Under the pieces are notes generated by a model, which made no database searches, was not told where the DNA came from, and saw only the letters and a program-made list of their open reading frames with translations. A DNA stretch of 64,000 nt from a virus (lineage: Duplodnaviria > Caudoviricetes): IMG/VR virus record IMGVR_UViG_3300035498_000404, positions 1-64,000 of that record. The stretch is one strand, 5' to 3'. Positions 28,786 to 39,564 of this stretch are shown here, piece by piece. The translations under genes were made by a program, and so were the position numbers. Positions within the stretch are counted from its first letter, which is position 1. Each line of letters begins with the position of its first letter.

Positions 28786-30151
28786 TTCTTTTGTTAAGGT
28801 AAATAAGCCTGCAAGTGTTAAGTGGAAAGATGATTTTCAGGCTCTTGCTAATAAAGAGTTTGAAGATTCTCCTACTTATCAGACGGACATAGAAGAAGAA
28901 GTAGAATTCGGTACTTTAATATTTGAACCAATAGAAGCTAGACTTACCAGCTTAATTGACCCTCATAGTGGTCTAAGAATTGCTGGTGATTTTGCAAAAT
29001 TGATTTTTAAGGACGGAGATTATAAGCCTCCGCTTGGTACTAGATATAGATTTGATGATAATATATGGATAGTTTATTCCATAGCTAATCAAAGAGCAGT
29101 AACTTCTCATGTTTATATTAGAAGATGTAATAACACATTAAGTAGCCAAGATGAATATGGTAATATCCATAGAGAACCTTGTTATATAGATTACAATTTA
29201 AATGAAACTCAATTAAGTGAAAATGAATTACTGGACGTTCCTTCCGGACGTTTGAATGTTTATTGTCAACTTAATCAATGGACTAAAGATATAGATGTAG
29301 ACAATAGATATATATTTGGAGAAGACGTATATAGAGTTAGATATAGAAGCAAATACGATAGAAGAAACACATTTGACAATGATAGCTGTAAATTATTAAC
29401 ATTTTATGTAAATCAGGATAATAAAGCTACTGACGATAATTTTGAATTGCAAGTAGCTAATTTTAAAGATTATAAATACTCCATTGAATGTATTGATAGT
29501 GTTGATAATGTTGTTGGTACAACTATCCAGTTATATCCAACTGTACTAAAAGATGGAGAAGAAGTAACAGAAGAAGTCTTTTATCAAACTTCCAATAGTA
29601 ATATTGTTACTGTTAGTAAAACGGGTGAATGTACTTTTATTTCTGAGGGTGAAACGAGCATTACTATTCGTATGAAGAATTTTCCTGTATGCAAAAAAGT
29701 TATACAGATTGTAATTCCTCAAGAAGAAACTGGTGAAACTGAAGAAACAGAGATTACTGATACTACGAAGAAAGCAGCAAAGAAGAAGTCAACTACACAA
29801 GTTGTAACAAAGAATCCTGCTGTATATATTTATCCTAATGTTAATAAGATTAAGTTAAATAATTCTATTGAATACAAGATTATTGGGGATTATGATTTCA
29901 GCATCTCCGTTGAAACCACATTACCAAATAAATATTATAAATTTAATTATTTAGGAGATAACAGGTTTATTATTAAAAATATGAAACCGTCTAGCACTCC
30001 TATTTATGTCGTTTATTATTCAGGAAATGATAGACCAAGTATTATTGATAAATATATCAGTCATGAACTAGAGTTTACCGATAATTATTGCTCTGAGCAA
30101 GACGGAATAGTATTTGGCATATACAAGATTGAATTAGGAGGGATAGTATAA
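28772..30151 (+). CDS. Head closure protein with an Ig-like domain (probable)
   Basis: IRRCNNTL motif; TSNSNIVTVSKTG Ig-like segment; synteny. Confidence 0.6.
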   Translation: MAYYDSFVKVNKPASVKWKDDFQALANKEFEDSPTYQTDIEEEVEFGTLIFEPIEARLTSLIDPHSGLRIAGDFAKLIFKDGDYKPPLGTRYRFDDNIWIVYSIANQRAVTSHVYIRRCNNTLSSQDEYGNIHREPCYIDYNLNETQLSENELLDVPSGRLNVYCQLNQWTKDIDVDNRYIFGEDVYRVRYRSKYDRRNTFDNDSCKLLTFYVNQDNKATDDNFELQVANFKDYKYSIECIDSVDNVVGTTIQLYPTVLKDGEEVTEEVFYQTSNSNIVTVSKTGECTFISEGETSITIRMKNFPVCKKVIQIVIPQEETGETEETEITDTTKKAAKKKSTTQVVTKNPAVYIYPNVNKIKLNNSIEYKIIGDYDFSISVETTLPNKYYKFNYLGDNRFIIKNMKPSSTPIYVVYYSGNDRPSIIDKYISHELEFTDNYCSEQDGIVFGIYKIELGGIV

Positions 30152-30744
30152 TGGCTTATTACGAAGAATTATCTCCAATTTTAAACAGTATTATTGGAGA
30201 AAGATTTCTAAGAAATCAAGAGTTATGTAAACTATTATACTGTCATGCTCCAAATTGTGATTCTTAGAATTCTGAAAAATGTGAAGATTGTGAATTACTA
30301 AAAGACACAAGTAAATTATTTATGACATATATTTATCCAATGCCTAAAATGCCAGATACAAAAACCGACAAGGAATGCTATATTTGTGCATATTTTAATG
30401 GTGGCTATGAACCGGATAAAAATACTGGCGTGAGAAATGTCGTTCTTACAATAGACATTGTTTGTCATATAGATTTCTGGATGGTCGATGGTAATTATAG
30501 AGTGTATGAAATCATGCACCAAATAGATAAAATGTTGAATAATCAACTTACTGATTTGCCGATTTTAAACAAGCCTTATTTAAGAGGTTTTCAAGTTAGA
30601 ACATATGAACAGTATTTTTATGGTGTTCAAATGTTGTATAATTTACAAATTAATAGTAATATTGATTGTTCTCCAAATTCACTTAGCACAACGTTAAGGA
30701 AAGGCATGGTGTATGACCCTCAGTGGACAGATTGCAATTGCTGA
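30151..30744 (+). CDS. Tail completion/terminator-like protein (TAG at 30265)
   Basis: ATG 30151 with GGAGG RBS is in frame with ORF 30322; DIVCHIDFW...RVYEIMHQIDKML. Confidence 0.7.
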
Positions 30745-31565
30745 GAGGTTGTCCATTAGAGCTTTCCGAAGGAGTATGTGTAAAACATCCTACGTTGGAT
30801 GAAGTTATATCTTCGCCAAAATATTATGAATATTTGTCACTTATATTAACAACGTCTCTTGACGTTGCCGATGTATTATGGTTTGAGCATAATATATGGT
30901 ATGAGGATATAAAGAGTGAATGGAGCTTTTTTGTATAGAAATGTATTTCTGGAAATATTAGACATTCAATCATTATTGATAATGATGGCAAAAAAACTAT
31001 ACAAAAAGATTGTGTTTTCGTTAATTCTCAATTTAGAGATGCGTTGAATTTCTTTCTTGGTTTAGAATGTGAATATATAGTATTTGTTGTTGAAAGTTCT
31101 GGTACTCGTCAGGAAATATTCCAAACTGTAAAAACACAAGGAGAAAATTATATTCTTGATAAAGATACTTTTAGATTTACAGAGCATTATTACAATGAAT
31201 TAATACAATATTTAAGACAAGTTAATTGGTTTAAACCAGACTATGATTTTACTCATGGTGGTACTAAAAAAGCTAAGAAATATATTCTAAATGAAAGATA
31301 TAAGAAAAGAAAACACGTTGACGGAAGAAAAGATGATGAAGTTACTGTTGACTTATCAAGTATTGTTTCGTCATTAATAGCTCGTGGACAACCGTATAAG
31401 GATATTTTTGATTATCCGATATACGTTATTTATAATTTATATCATCGACTTTCTAAGGTTGACGAGTATAAAAACACAATGCAAGCGCTTTATAGTGGTT
31501 GTATTGATACGAAAAAGAATCCTATTAATTGGAATAAGATTAATTGGAGTTCTATAATAGAATAA
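30723..31565 (+). CDS. Hypothetical tail-region protein (TAG at 30936)
   Basis: ORFs 30723 and 31044 join in frame through TAG; VKHPTLDEV at the N terminus, KINW at the C terminus. Confidence 0.75.
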
Positions 31566-31584
31566 TGAAATGGAGTGAATTTTT

Positions 31585-32424
31585 ATGGCATTAGCTACGC
31601 CTAAGAAATTTGCGATGCAACAGGTGTTTGAGATTCTGCTTAGACGGCCTCTGGATAAGAGCATCTATGCTTATCTGACCGACTGCAAGACCACTTCGCT
31701 GGAAAACAGTGTTGAAATGGTTTACCCCACTGGTGGCCGTGGCAACGTGTATATCGGCACTGGCTTTGCGCACAGCCGTAGAGCTACTTTCACTGTGGAA
31801 GTCGCAACTTTTAATACCGAAGTTATGGCAATTCAGAACGGTACGGAAATTGTCACTGATTCTCATGAGATTACCAACTATGAGATGATTGAGGCCACTG
31901 GTACTGTTGAAAAGCCCGTGTTTAAGACCAGCAAGAAGGCTATTGGCACTACTTCGTCTGGCGAATCCAATGGCGACGAAATCAATTTCGTCTACATTCT
32001 GAACAACGACGGCACTTATGGTGAAACCTATACTCAGGTTAAGGACAATCCTACTGGCAATCAGTTCACCTACAATGCGGAAACTCAGACTCTTACGTTT
32101 GCGGAAGATTCTGGCCCGCTATATGAGGATAAGATTGCTTGCGCTTACACCTTTAAGACTGCTGACACTGCTCAGAAGATTACGCTGAGTGTTGGCGCTA
32201 CGCCTCCGACCGTGCTTGTTACCGCTTATGGTATTGCTCGTGACGTTTGCACTGGCGAACTGTTCCCCTGCGTGCTGGAAGGTCAGGCCGAAGTTGATGG
32301 CGACTGGAGCTTTGATTTGAGCGCTGACGGCGATACGGTTGTTCAGAACTTCTCTATGGAGTTCGTGAAGCCTTGTCTGACCGAGAAGCTGTACGATTTC
32401 GTGATTTATACGGACGAAGAGTAA
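31585..32424 (+). CDS. Major tail (tube) protein (probable)
   Basis: Strong codon bias; TGGRGN and FDLSADGD motifs; followed by a terminator. Confidence 0.75.
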   Translation: MALATPKKFAMQQVFEILLRRPLDKSIYAYLTDCKTTSLENSVEMVYPTGGRGNVYIGTGFAHSRRATFTVEVATFNTEVMAIQNGTEIVTDSHEITNYEMIEATGTVEKPVFKTSKKAIGTTSSGESNGDEINFVYILNNDGTYGETYTQVKDNPTGNQFTYNAETQTLTFAEDSGPLYEDKIACAYTFKTADTAQKITLSVGATPPTVLVTAYGIARDVCTGELFPCVLEGQAEVDGDWSFDLSADGDTVVQNFSMEFVKPCLTEKLYDFVIYTDEE

Positions 32425-32444
32425 TCTTTGTCTTTTTAGTATAA

Positions 32445-32480
32445 GCCGGGGCATTAGCCCCGGCAAATTTATTATTGATT
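32445..32480 (+). terminator. Terminator after the tail tube gene
   Basis: GCCGGGG/CCCCGGC hairpin. Confidence 0.65.
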
Positions 32481-32483
32481 ATT

Positions 32484-32792
32484 ATGCCTTATCTTAATAG
32501 AAAATGTAATTACTGCGGAAAGAAATATTATGTTTGTAGGTAGTGCGTTGGAGATAAGTCTTGGAAGAATATTTGTTGTTCAAGGGATTGTTTTAGAGCA
32601 TATTTGAAGCAATAGCATAGAGAAATCAAACCTACCGTTATTTCAGAAGGTTCGTGTAACATAGAAGCACTTCTGAAAGATGGAACTACTATATATATAA
32701 TTGGATATGACTTAGAATTAAAAAAATTCGACTGTTCTGATGGAATTACCAGAACAGATAAAGATTTTGATAATTTAGACTTTATTAAATAA
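32484..32792 (+). CDS. Small zinc-finger protein (2 TAGs)
   Basis: RKCNYCGKKYYVCR*C...WKNICCSRDCF; visible only with TAG readthrough. Confidence 0.7.
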
Positions 32793-33099
32793 AGTGTATT
32801 GTCAAAATGACTTTATTAAATTAAGTAAATTGGTCAAATCCAATTATATTTTTTAGTGTTTCGGAGTATAAAATTACTGTTTTATTCATAAATGTGTATT
32901 CTCTTTTTTACGAAAATTAACTTTAATAAATAGACATCTTAAATTGACATTTTTTGTCAATATAAGTTTATCTTAAATTTGTTTAAGATTTAACTAGGTA
33001 AAATATCTCAGATTCGTTCTGAGATTTTTATAGGTTGAGACGTTCAACTTATTTATATCCGTGTTTTACTGATTTAATTATTGAAAAGGTGTGTTTATT

Positions 33100-34110
33100 A
33101 TGGAAATGAATTATGCTTCTAAAGGCGTTGCGGGTGCTGGTTTGGGTTTGGGTATGTAACAATGCCCTTAAACACCTTTGCCGTTTGACAAACGGGGTTA
33201 TTATTTTTTTACACGAATGGAGAAAAAATAATAGCTAACGAGGAAGGGTTACATGAAAGTTGAACTTAATCTCGTGGGAAGTCTGTATTTTATACAGAAA
33301 CCTGTATCGACTAGCTTGGTTTACAAGCGTAGGGTGGATTTCGTCACTACTCGAAAAGGGTGTTGGCGACATTAAATATGTCGTTTAAGAAATAGTCAAT
33401 GCTGATAGAAATATCAGAACTACATGATTGCTGGCACAGCTTTAGGTGTCATCAACTCTGTTGGCGGTATGGGCGCACTAACTGGTGTATTTGGTGGAAA
33501 TAACCACGGAAATACGTCTGCTGGTACTATTGAGGGTGCAGAAGCTCTCGGTTTAATGGCTGGCATGGCTATGAATCATGGTTATGGCTATGGTTATCCT
33601 GCTTCTGCTGCTCCTGCCGTTATTAATGAAGACCACTATGTAAACCGCTATGAATTAGGCTGTCAGGAAAAGTTTGAAAACGAGCTGTGCCAGAAGAATC
33701 TGGAACTGGCTCAGAAGGACGCAGAACTTGCTCTGGCTGCTGCGAAAGAGAATACTCGCGGAGAAATGATTTCTCTGTATGAGCAGATTAAATCCGAAAT
33801 GAACACTCAGAATGCTGCGAATAATGCACAGTTTGCTGCTATCAATCAGCAGCTAGGTCAACAGGCTGTTCAGAATCAGGCGAACAAAGATAGCTTCCAG
33901 CTTCTTCAGGAGCGTATGGAAACTTGCACCTCTGAACTGCATGGTGCTCTTGAGCGCGAAGTACAAACTCGTAAGTGCAATGACAACCTCATTGTTACTT
34001 ATACGAATGCGACGTTCTATCCCAAGATGGTCGCTAATGTTACTACTGGCACTACCACTACGGCACAGGCTCTTTATAACCCGCTGCCCGCGTGCGACTG
34101 CAATTGCTAA
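33100..34110 (+). CDS. Gly-rich N-terminal, coiled-coil hypothetical protein; exons 33100-33153 and 33427-34110
   Basis: Splicing gives MEMNYASKGVAGAGLGLG|IAGTALG; ends YNPLPACDCNC. Confidence 0.8.
33154..33426 (+). mobile_element. Group I intron (no ORF)
   Basis: P1 GGGU/GCCC; P7 GACUA/UAGUC; ends in G; removal restores the frame. Confidence 0.82.
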
Positions 34111-34226
34111 TTAACTGGCGTTAATTTTTAAATAATGTGTACGGTGTGCGTATTTAGGTGTATCGCACTTGAATTGCTTTCCTTAATAGTGAGCCGTATT
34201 TATTATTTGAACAGGGGGAAATTGTA

Positions 34227-34571
34227 TTGGTTAGTATTGATTGTATTGGTAATGGTGTTGCTAAATTTGCAGACCGTGAAATTCTAAAGAATATTAATGG
34301 TTGGCAAAAAGTTGTTGTCGGTTCGGCAATCGCTCTTGCTATTAAGCGTGCTGGCAATATTGCTGCCTCATATAAAGACAACAAGGTTGTAAAGGCTCTT
34401 CAAATTATGGATGATGATTGTAACATTGATATTGACGTACTTAGAGATGTTGTTAAAGAAAATGTCCCTAATTCTGGATTTGTTGTTACAGTCCCGATTC
34501 TTGGAGAATTAAAATTTCATAAGAGTGATGTAGACAACCTGTACGAAGATATAACCTCGTTTGTCAAATAA
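34227..34571 (+). CDS. Hypothetical protein
   Basis: TTG start with GGGGG RBS; IDID..and IPxxGxxxF-type motifs. Confidence 0.7.
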   Translation: MVSIDCIGNGVAKFADREILKNINGWQKVVVGSAIALAIKRAGNIAASYKDNKVVKALQIMDDDCNIDIDVLRDVVKENVPNSGFVVTVPILGELKFHKSDVDNLYEDITSFVK

Positions 34572-34588
34572 ATAGTTAATGCGGAAGG

Positions 34589-34906
34589 TTGATTAACATG
34601 GTTGCAGATTCTTCTGAACTTGAACCAAAAGTGGTTCATCCTAAAGAAAAAGAAGCTACTTTAATGGATAAAGTATATGATAACTTTATCGACGAAGTTG
34701 GCGGTGTCACTGAATATTTAAATTTGGCAAAAGACTTTGATTATGATAATGACGATTATGTTTGTCAAGGACTTACATTAATTGCCAAAGACGAAGAATC
34801 TCATGCCAGATTCTTATATGACGTATTAAAACGTCGGCATTATGAAATTCCAGAAAAAGATATTGAAAAATATCATGAAATGGAGAGAATGTTTCACAAC
34901 TGGTGA
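34589..34906 (+). CDS. Ferritin-like helical protein (possible)
   Basis: DEVGGVTEY...IAKDEESHARF (ExxH metal-ligand pattern). Confidence 0.55.
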   Translation: MINMVADSSELEPKVVHPKEKEATLMDKVYDNFIDEVGGVTEYLNLAKDFDYDNDDYVCQGLTLIAKDEESHARFLYDVLKRRHYEIPEKDIEKYHEMERMFHNW

Positions 34907-35077
34907 GACACAAATTGGCTTCTTTGAAAAAGCTGACTATTTTTCTAAAAGAATAGATACTGTACTAAAATATTTTTCTTATGTTAGTAGAGTGTTTTAG
35001 TTTATAATAAAAATATAATGTTGTCCCAGTGATGAACTGGGACTTCTTTTTAAGTTTTAAAATTTAAGGAGAATTTA

Positions 35078-36616
35078 ATGATGACAAATTACAAGAAACT
35101 ATTTTCTTTAATCGCTTCTATTGTAATTGCCACCAATATTACTCTCGGCGCATTTGCGGCATCCGTTGTAGATATTAATACTGGCAATGAAGTAAAATTT
35201 GATACTGGAGAGCTACAAGAAGCTATTGATTATGCGCAGTCTCAAAGGATTGAAGATGGAGAAATTCACACAGTTACATTAACTACTGATGAAGTTTTAG
35301 ACGAGTCATTAAAAATTACTGATAGTGTTATTTTAGATTTAAATGACAATACATTAACTGTTGACGAAAATGTTAATGATAATGTTATTGATATAGAATT
35401 AGATAATGTTTCTGCGGTCATTATTGAAAATGGCACTATAAGTGGTGGAAATGACTATTATGGTGGAGGAATTCAAATTACCGATAATAATACCAGCGAA
35501 GACTTTACTGAAATTATTATTGATAATGTTACAATTACAAATAATTCTGCTGATTTTGGCGGAGGAATTTATGCTACTGGATTGTTAAATAATGGCAATG
35601 GAAATATTACTATTATTGACAGCGAAATCTCTGGCAATACTGCTATTGAAAATGGTGGCGGTATTAATATTATTGATTTTGAAAACGTAACAATAAAAGA
35701 TACAATTATTTCTGACAACACAGTTGAAGGATTTGGTGTTGGCGGTGGAATTTCTGTCGATGGAGTTTCCAATCTTGTTATTGAAGATTCTAAGATTAAT
35801 AATAACACTGTTGATGGTCAATTCGGATATGGTGGAGGAATTTATACTACTGACACTAATATCACAATTACTGGTAGTGAGATTTCTGAAAATGAAGCTT
35901 CATGGGGCGGTGGCATTTTGGGATTTGTAAGCAATATCACCTTAGATGATTCTGCTGCAATTTCTAATAATACTGCGACTAATTCTGGTGATGATATTTA
36001 TATTATTGCTAATGAATATTTTGAATCTACTATTACGTTAAATGTTCCTTCTGGAACTCTAAATTCTGACAATCAGAATATTGATGGTTGGTATGAAGAT
36101 GGCGTAGACGCTTATAACCCATTACGTTGGGGCGAGTATATTGAGGAACTAGACAGCAATTATTATTCCAAGGAAGAAAATACTGAATTAGTTCTCAATA
36201 ATGATTTAGCCTTAAAAGCTGCTCATGGAGAAATTATAGAAGAAATTGTTGACCCATCTGACGAAGACGATTCAGAACCAGAGTTGCCCAAAAAGGAAGA
36301 AAATTCTTTTGATAATGATGTAAACTATAAAGCTCCGGTCGCCACAATTGACGTTTCTTTTGATGTTGAAAAGCAGGATAAGGAAAACATAAAAGTAGTA
36401 GAAACACCAGAAGAACCAATTGAAGAAATTGTTGAAGTAATTGAAGACACTAACGAGATTGAAATTATCGAAGAAGAAGTTCCAAAAACCGAGTTACCTG
36501 TTGAAATTGACGGCAGTGTTCCTCGCACTGGCGACAACACATTTGTATGGGTTTGTCTAATTGTACTTTCCATCTCTGGTCTATTTTTGTTTAGAACTAA
36601 AAAGAACGAAGAATGA
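35078..36616 (+). CDS. Secreted beta-helix surface protein with a sortase-type anchor
   Basis: Signal peptide; repeated N-x-A-xx-GGGI (Pmp/pectin-lyase-like) repeats; acidic stalk; VPRTGD followed by a hydrophobic helix and RTKK. Confidence 0.85.
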   Translation: MMTNYKKLFSLIASIVIATNITLGAFAASVVDINTGNEVKFDTGELQEAIDYAQSQRIEDGEIHTVTLTTDEVLDESLKITDSVILDLNDNTLTVDENVNDNVIDIELDNVSAVIIENGTISGGNDYYGGGIQITDNNTSEDFTEIIIDNVTITNNSADFGGGIYATGLLNNGNGNITIIDSEISGNTAIENGGGINIIDFENVTIKDTIISDNTVEGFGVGGGISVDGVSNLVIEDSKINNNTVDGQFGYGGGIYTTDTNITITGSEISENEASWGGGILGFVSNITLDDSAAISNNTATNSGDDIYIIANEYFESTITLNVPSGTLNSDNQNIDGWYEDGVDAYNPLRWGEYIEELDSNYYSKEENTELVLNNDLALKAAHGEIIEEIVDPSDEDDSEPELPKKEENSFDNDVNYKAPVATIDVSFDVEKQDKENIKVVETPEEPIEEIVEVIEDTNEIEIIEEEVPKTELPVEIDGSVPRTGDNTFVWVCLIVLSISGLFLFRTKKNEE

Positions 36617-36704
36617 TAGAGTTGCCTACCATTTTATGGTAGGATTTTGTTATAAGCCCATAAGTATTTTGTATTTATGAGCTTATAATAGAAGGAGATA
36701 TTTT

Positions 36705-37211
36705 ATGAACGACGGAAAAAGATTTGAATAGAACTTTGCCAATTCTGTTCCAGAACATATATATTTTATGAGGATAAAAGATAGCGCAAATAATTTTGGC
36801 AAAACAAGTACTTCTAAATTTGCAACAGCCAATCCTTTTGATTGCTTTATATTTTACGAAGGGTATCTTATGCCATTAGAATTGAAGTCTACAAAAGGTA
36901 CAAGTTTCAGTATTCAATCTGAAAATCTTGAAAAAGGAAAGGATATAAAATATCACCAGATAGTTGAACTCGCAAAATCAAATCAATTTTAGAATGTTAT
37001 TTCTGGATTTGTTTTTGATTTTAGGATGTCTAACACATATTGGTTAAGCATTGATAATTTTTAGAAGTTTTTAAATAATACGACTAAAAAAAGTATTAAT
37101 GAAAATGATATTGTAAGATATGGCGGTATTTTAATAAATAAGAAAATAATGAGGGTAAATTATAAATATGATATACCTGAATTACTAAAAAGCATTTTAG
37201 AGGTGAATTAA
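36705..37211 (+). CDS. recU: RecU-like Holliday junction resolvase (3 TAGs)
   Basis: MNDGKRFE*NF...NPFDCF...LELKST...IKYHQI...KKSIN; needs readthrough at 36729, 36990 and 37062. Confidence 0.8.
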
Positions 37212-38240
37212 ATGGGTAGAGCAACTGTATATAATGATATATATTCAGAAGAAATATGGGAAAAAGTAAATATGGAAAACAAGGACTTACTAGATGACTT
37301 TGTTTCCTACAAAAGAAGTTCAGATAAGTCTCCGCAAACAATACATCAATACTATCAAATGATAAGATTGTTCTTTTGCTGGAATTATTCTAATAACAAT
37401 AACAAGTCTTTTATTTTTCTTAAAAAGCGTGACTTGGTAAGATTTTTTAGCCAAGCTGTTGAAGAATGGCAATGGAGTCCAAATAGAATCCATACAGTCA
37501 AATCTGCATTAAGTTCTTTAAGTAATTATATTGAAAATATCCTAGATGACGAATATCCTGATTTTAGAAATATTGTACAAAAAATTGAAGTTTCTGTAAA
37601 ACAGCCAGTTAGAGAAAAAACAGTTCTAACACAAGAACAAATTGATGAATGTCTAAAAACTCTTGTATTTAGAAAGAAGTATCAAACTGCTTGTTATTTA
37701 GCATTGGCGGTTGCTTCTGGCGCGAGAAAGTCTGAATTACTAAGATTTAAGGTAGATTATTTTAAAGACGAAAATATTAAGTTTGGATGTTTATATAAGA
37801 CACCAGAACAAATTAAGACAAAAGGTAGAAGTAGTAAGGGTAAAATGCTCTATAAGTATGTGTTTAAGAATGATTTTAAACCATATTTTGATTTGTGGAT
37901 GGAAGATAGAAAGAAAAAGGGCATTGAAAGTGAATGGCTCTTTGTTGTGAAAAATGGCAATGAGTACGTGCAAGCTAAAACCGGAAGTGCTGATAATTGG
38001 TGTAAAGAAATTAGTAATATTATTGGTGTTACCTTTTATAGTCACTCTGCACGACACGCTCTTTGTACTAAGTTAAGAGCGGCTAATTTACCAGACAAAA
38101 TTATACAGGAATTTTTTGGCTGGTCGAGTCTAGAGCTAATTAATATTTACGATGATTCTAGTAGAGATGCAGATTTCGGAAAATACTTTACAGAAGACGG
38201 TATTGCTGAGATTGAACAAACTACTGTAAATGATATATAA
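37212..38240 (+). CDS. Tyrosine recombinase
   Basis: SGARKSEL (Arg), HSARH, FFGW and IYDD (Tyr); SAM-like N-terminal domain. Confidence 0.9.
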   Translation: MGRATVYNDIYSEEIWEKVNMENKDLLDDFVSYKRSSDKSPQTIHQYYQMIRLFFCWNYSNNNNKSFIFLKKRDLVRFFSQAVEEWQWSPNRIHTVKSALSSLSNYIENILDDEYPDFRNIVQKIEVSVKQPVREKTVLTQEQIDECLKTLVFRKKYQTACYLALAVASGARKSELLRFKVDYFKDENIKFGCLYKTPEQIKTKGRSSKGKMLYKYVFKNDFKPYFDLWMEDRKKKGIESEWLFVVKNGNEYVQAKTGSADNWCKEISNIIGVTFYSHSARHALCTKLRAANLPDKIIQEFFGWSSLELINIYDDSSRDADFGKYFTEDGIAEIEQTTVNDI

Positions 38241-38263
38241 TTTGTGACAAAGGAGAGAAAATT

Positions 38264-38935
38264 ATGACATTTAATGATTTATATGATAAGTTAAACGCCT
38301 ATTCTTTAAAATTGATGTCAAAAGATGATTTTCATAAATTCTTAGAAGAAAATCTAACAATTAATACTTATATTCCTGTCATTCAGAAATATGCTTTAGT
38401 TGGTATTGTTGGGAAGATTTATAAAAATTCCGTTAAAGTTGAAGAAAACAGTGAGGATTTCTCTGCTGAATATATTTACATGAGATATGAAGTAATAAAG
38501 ATGTTCAATCTTTTATTCAAATATATTGATATGGTTGTTCCTGTCGAAAAGCAGACATTAAAGGATTATGACCTTGTTATGGAATCTGGTCTATATGACT
38601 TTATTGAATCAAGATGCCATAACGACTATCAATATCTCTCAAATATGTGCGACAAGATTTCTGGCGTAGATAATCTTCTTTTAGTACATGAATTTATTCA
38701 TGAAATTGGGGATAGATTTAGCGTTGAAAATATGAAAGAAATTCGTAAGGAACTTTCTAAGCTTGATATGCGTAAATTGAAATTACTAGAGAGCGTTGCG
38801 CAGTTTAACGACCCGATTACAGCAGAAGTTGCGAATGCTCTAAAAGAAAAGACGCATGAAGAAGTTTTTGAAGCACATAAAGAGGCGGCAGAAGAGAAGT
38901 CTGAGAATACTGAAACAAACACAGAAGAAAAGTAA
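38264..38935 (+). CDS. Hypothetical protein (possible tail assembly chaperone)
   Basis: ORF upstream of the tape measure gene; YIPVIQK and YDLVMESGL motifs. Confidence 0.65.
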   Translation: MTFNDLYDKLNAYSLKLMSKDDFHKFLEENLTINTYIPVIQKYALVGIVGKIYKNSVKVEENSEDFSAEYIYMRYEVIKMFNLLFKYIDMVVPVEKQTLKDYDLVMESGLYDFIESRCHNDYQYLSNMCDKISGVDNLLLVHEFIHEIGDRFSVENMKEIRKELSKLDMRKLKLLESVAQFNDPITAEVANALKEKTHEEVFEAHKEAAEEKSENTETNTEEK

Positions 38936-38945
38936 GTGATACCAA

Positions 38946-39545
38946 ATGGCTAAAAAGAGCAGCAAATTAAGCCGCAATTCATACCATACGTTGGGTAATA
39001 CCAATGCTTATAGAAAACTTACACAAAAGGTACAAGAAAAAGTTGATGAAGCGCAAAAAGAAATTGAAAATGCTCTAACTGATATTGGAGAGTAGACTGT
39101 AAAAAAGATAAAAGAATATGTTAAACTTTATTATTACAATGCTTATCCAGAGGGGGACAATTATAATCGACTTGAAGAAAAGGGTGGATTTTTGCATACA
39201 ATTTCTTACGAAGTAAATGTTTCTAATTTTTCAATTAAGATATATTGTGATTGGAGTTTACTAGCCGTTAGTGATAAACCAGACCCGAAGTTTCCTCACC
39301 ACTGGGAAAATGGTCAAGCATTTACTTATGGTTTATATGATTATATGATGTATGGTAGTTGGCCTTTTAGCCGTAGTAACCGAGTTATTCAAGCAGGATT
39401 TAGAGGCATTGACGAAGATATGACAAAAGAAATTAAAGATTTTCTTGACTGGTATGTTTCTGATTTGGTATCAGCACGATTAGAGAAACTAGGATTTAAT
39501 GTTAGTGGACTTAAACATGGTGCTTCTGTCTTGCGGTCTGATTAA
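38946..39545 (+). CDS. Hypothetical tail protein (TAG at 39093)
   Basis: ATG 38946 is in frame with ORF 39192 through one TAG. Confidence 0.7.
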
Positions 39546-39564
39546 TTTTAAGGAGGTGGGTTAA

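Noticed and set aside
37212-38240. Tyrosine recombinase as a prophage boundary
   Set aside because: Phage morphogenesis genes continue on both sides and no host genes or att duplication are visible.
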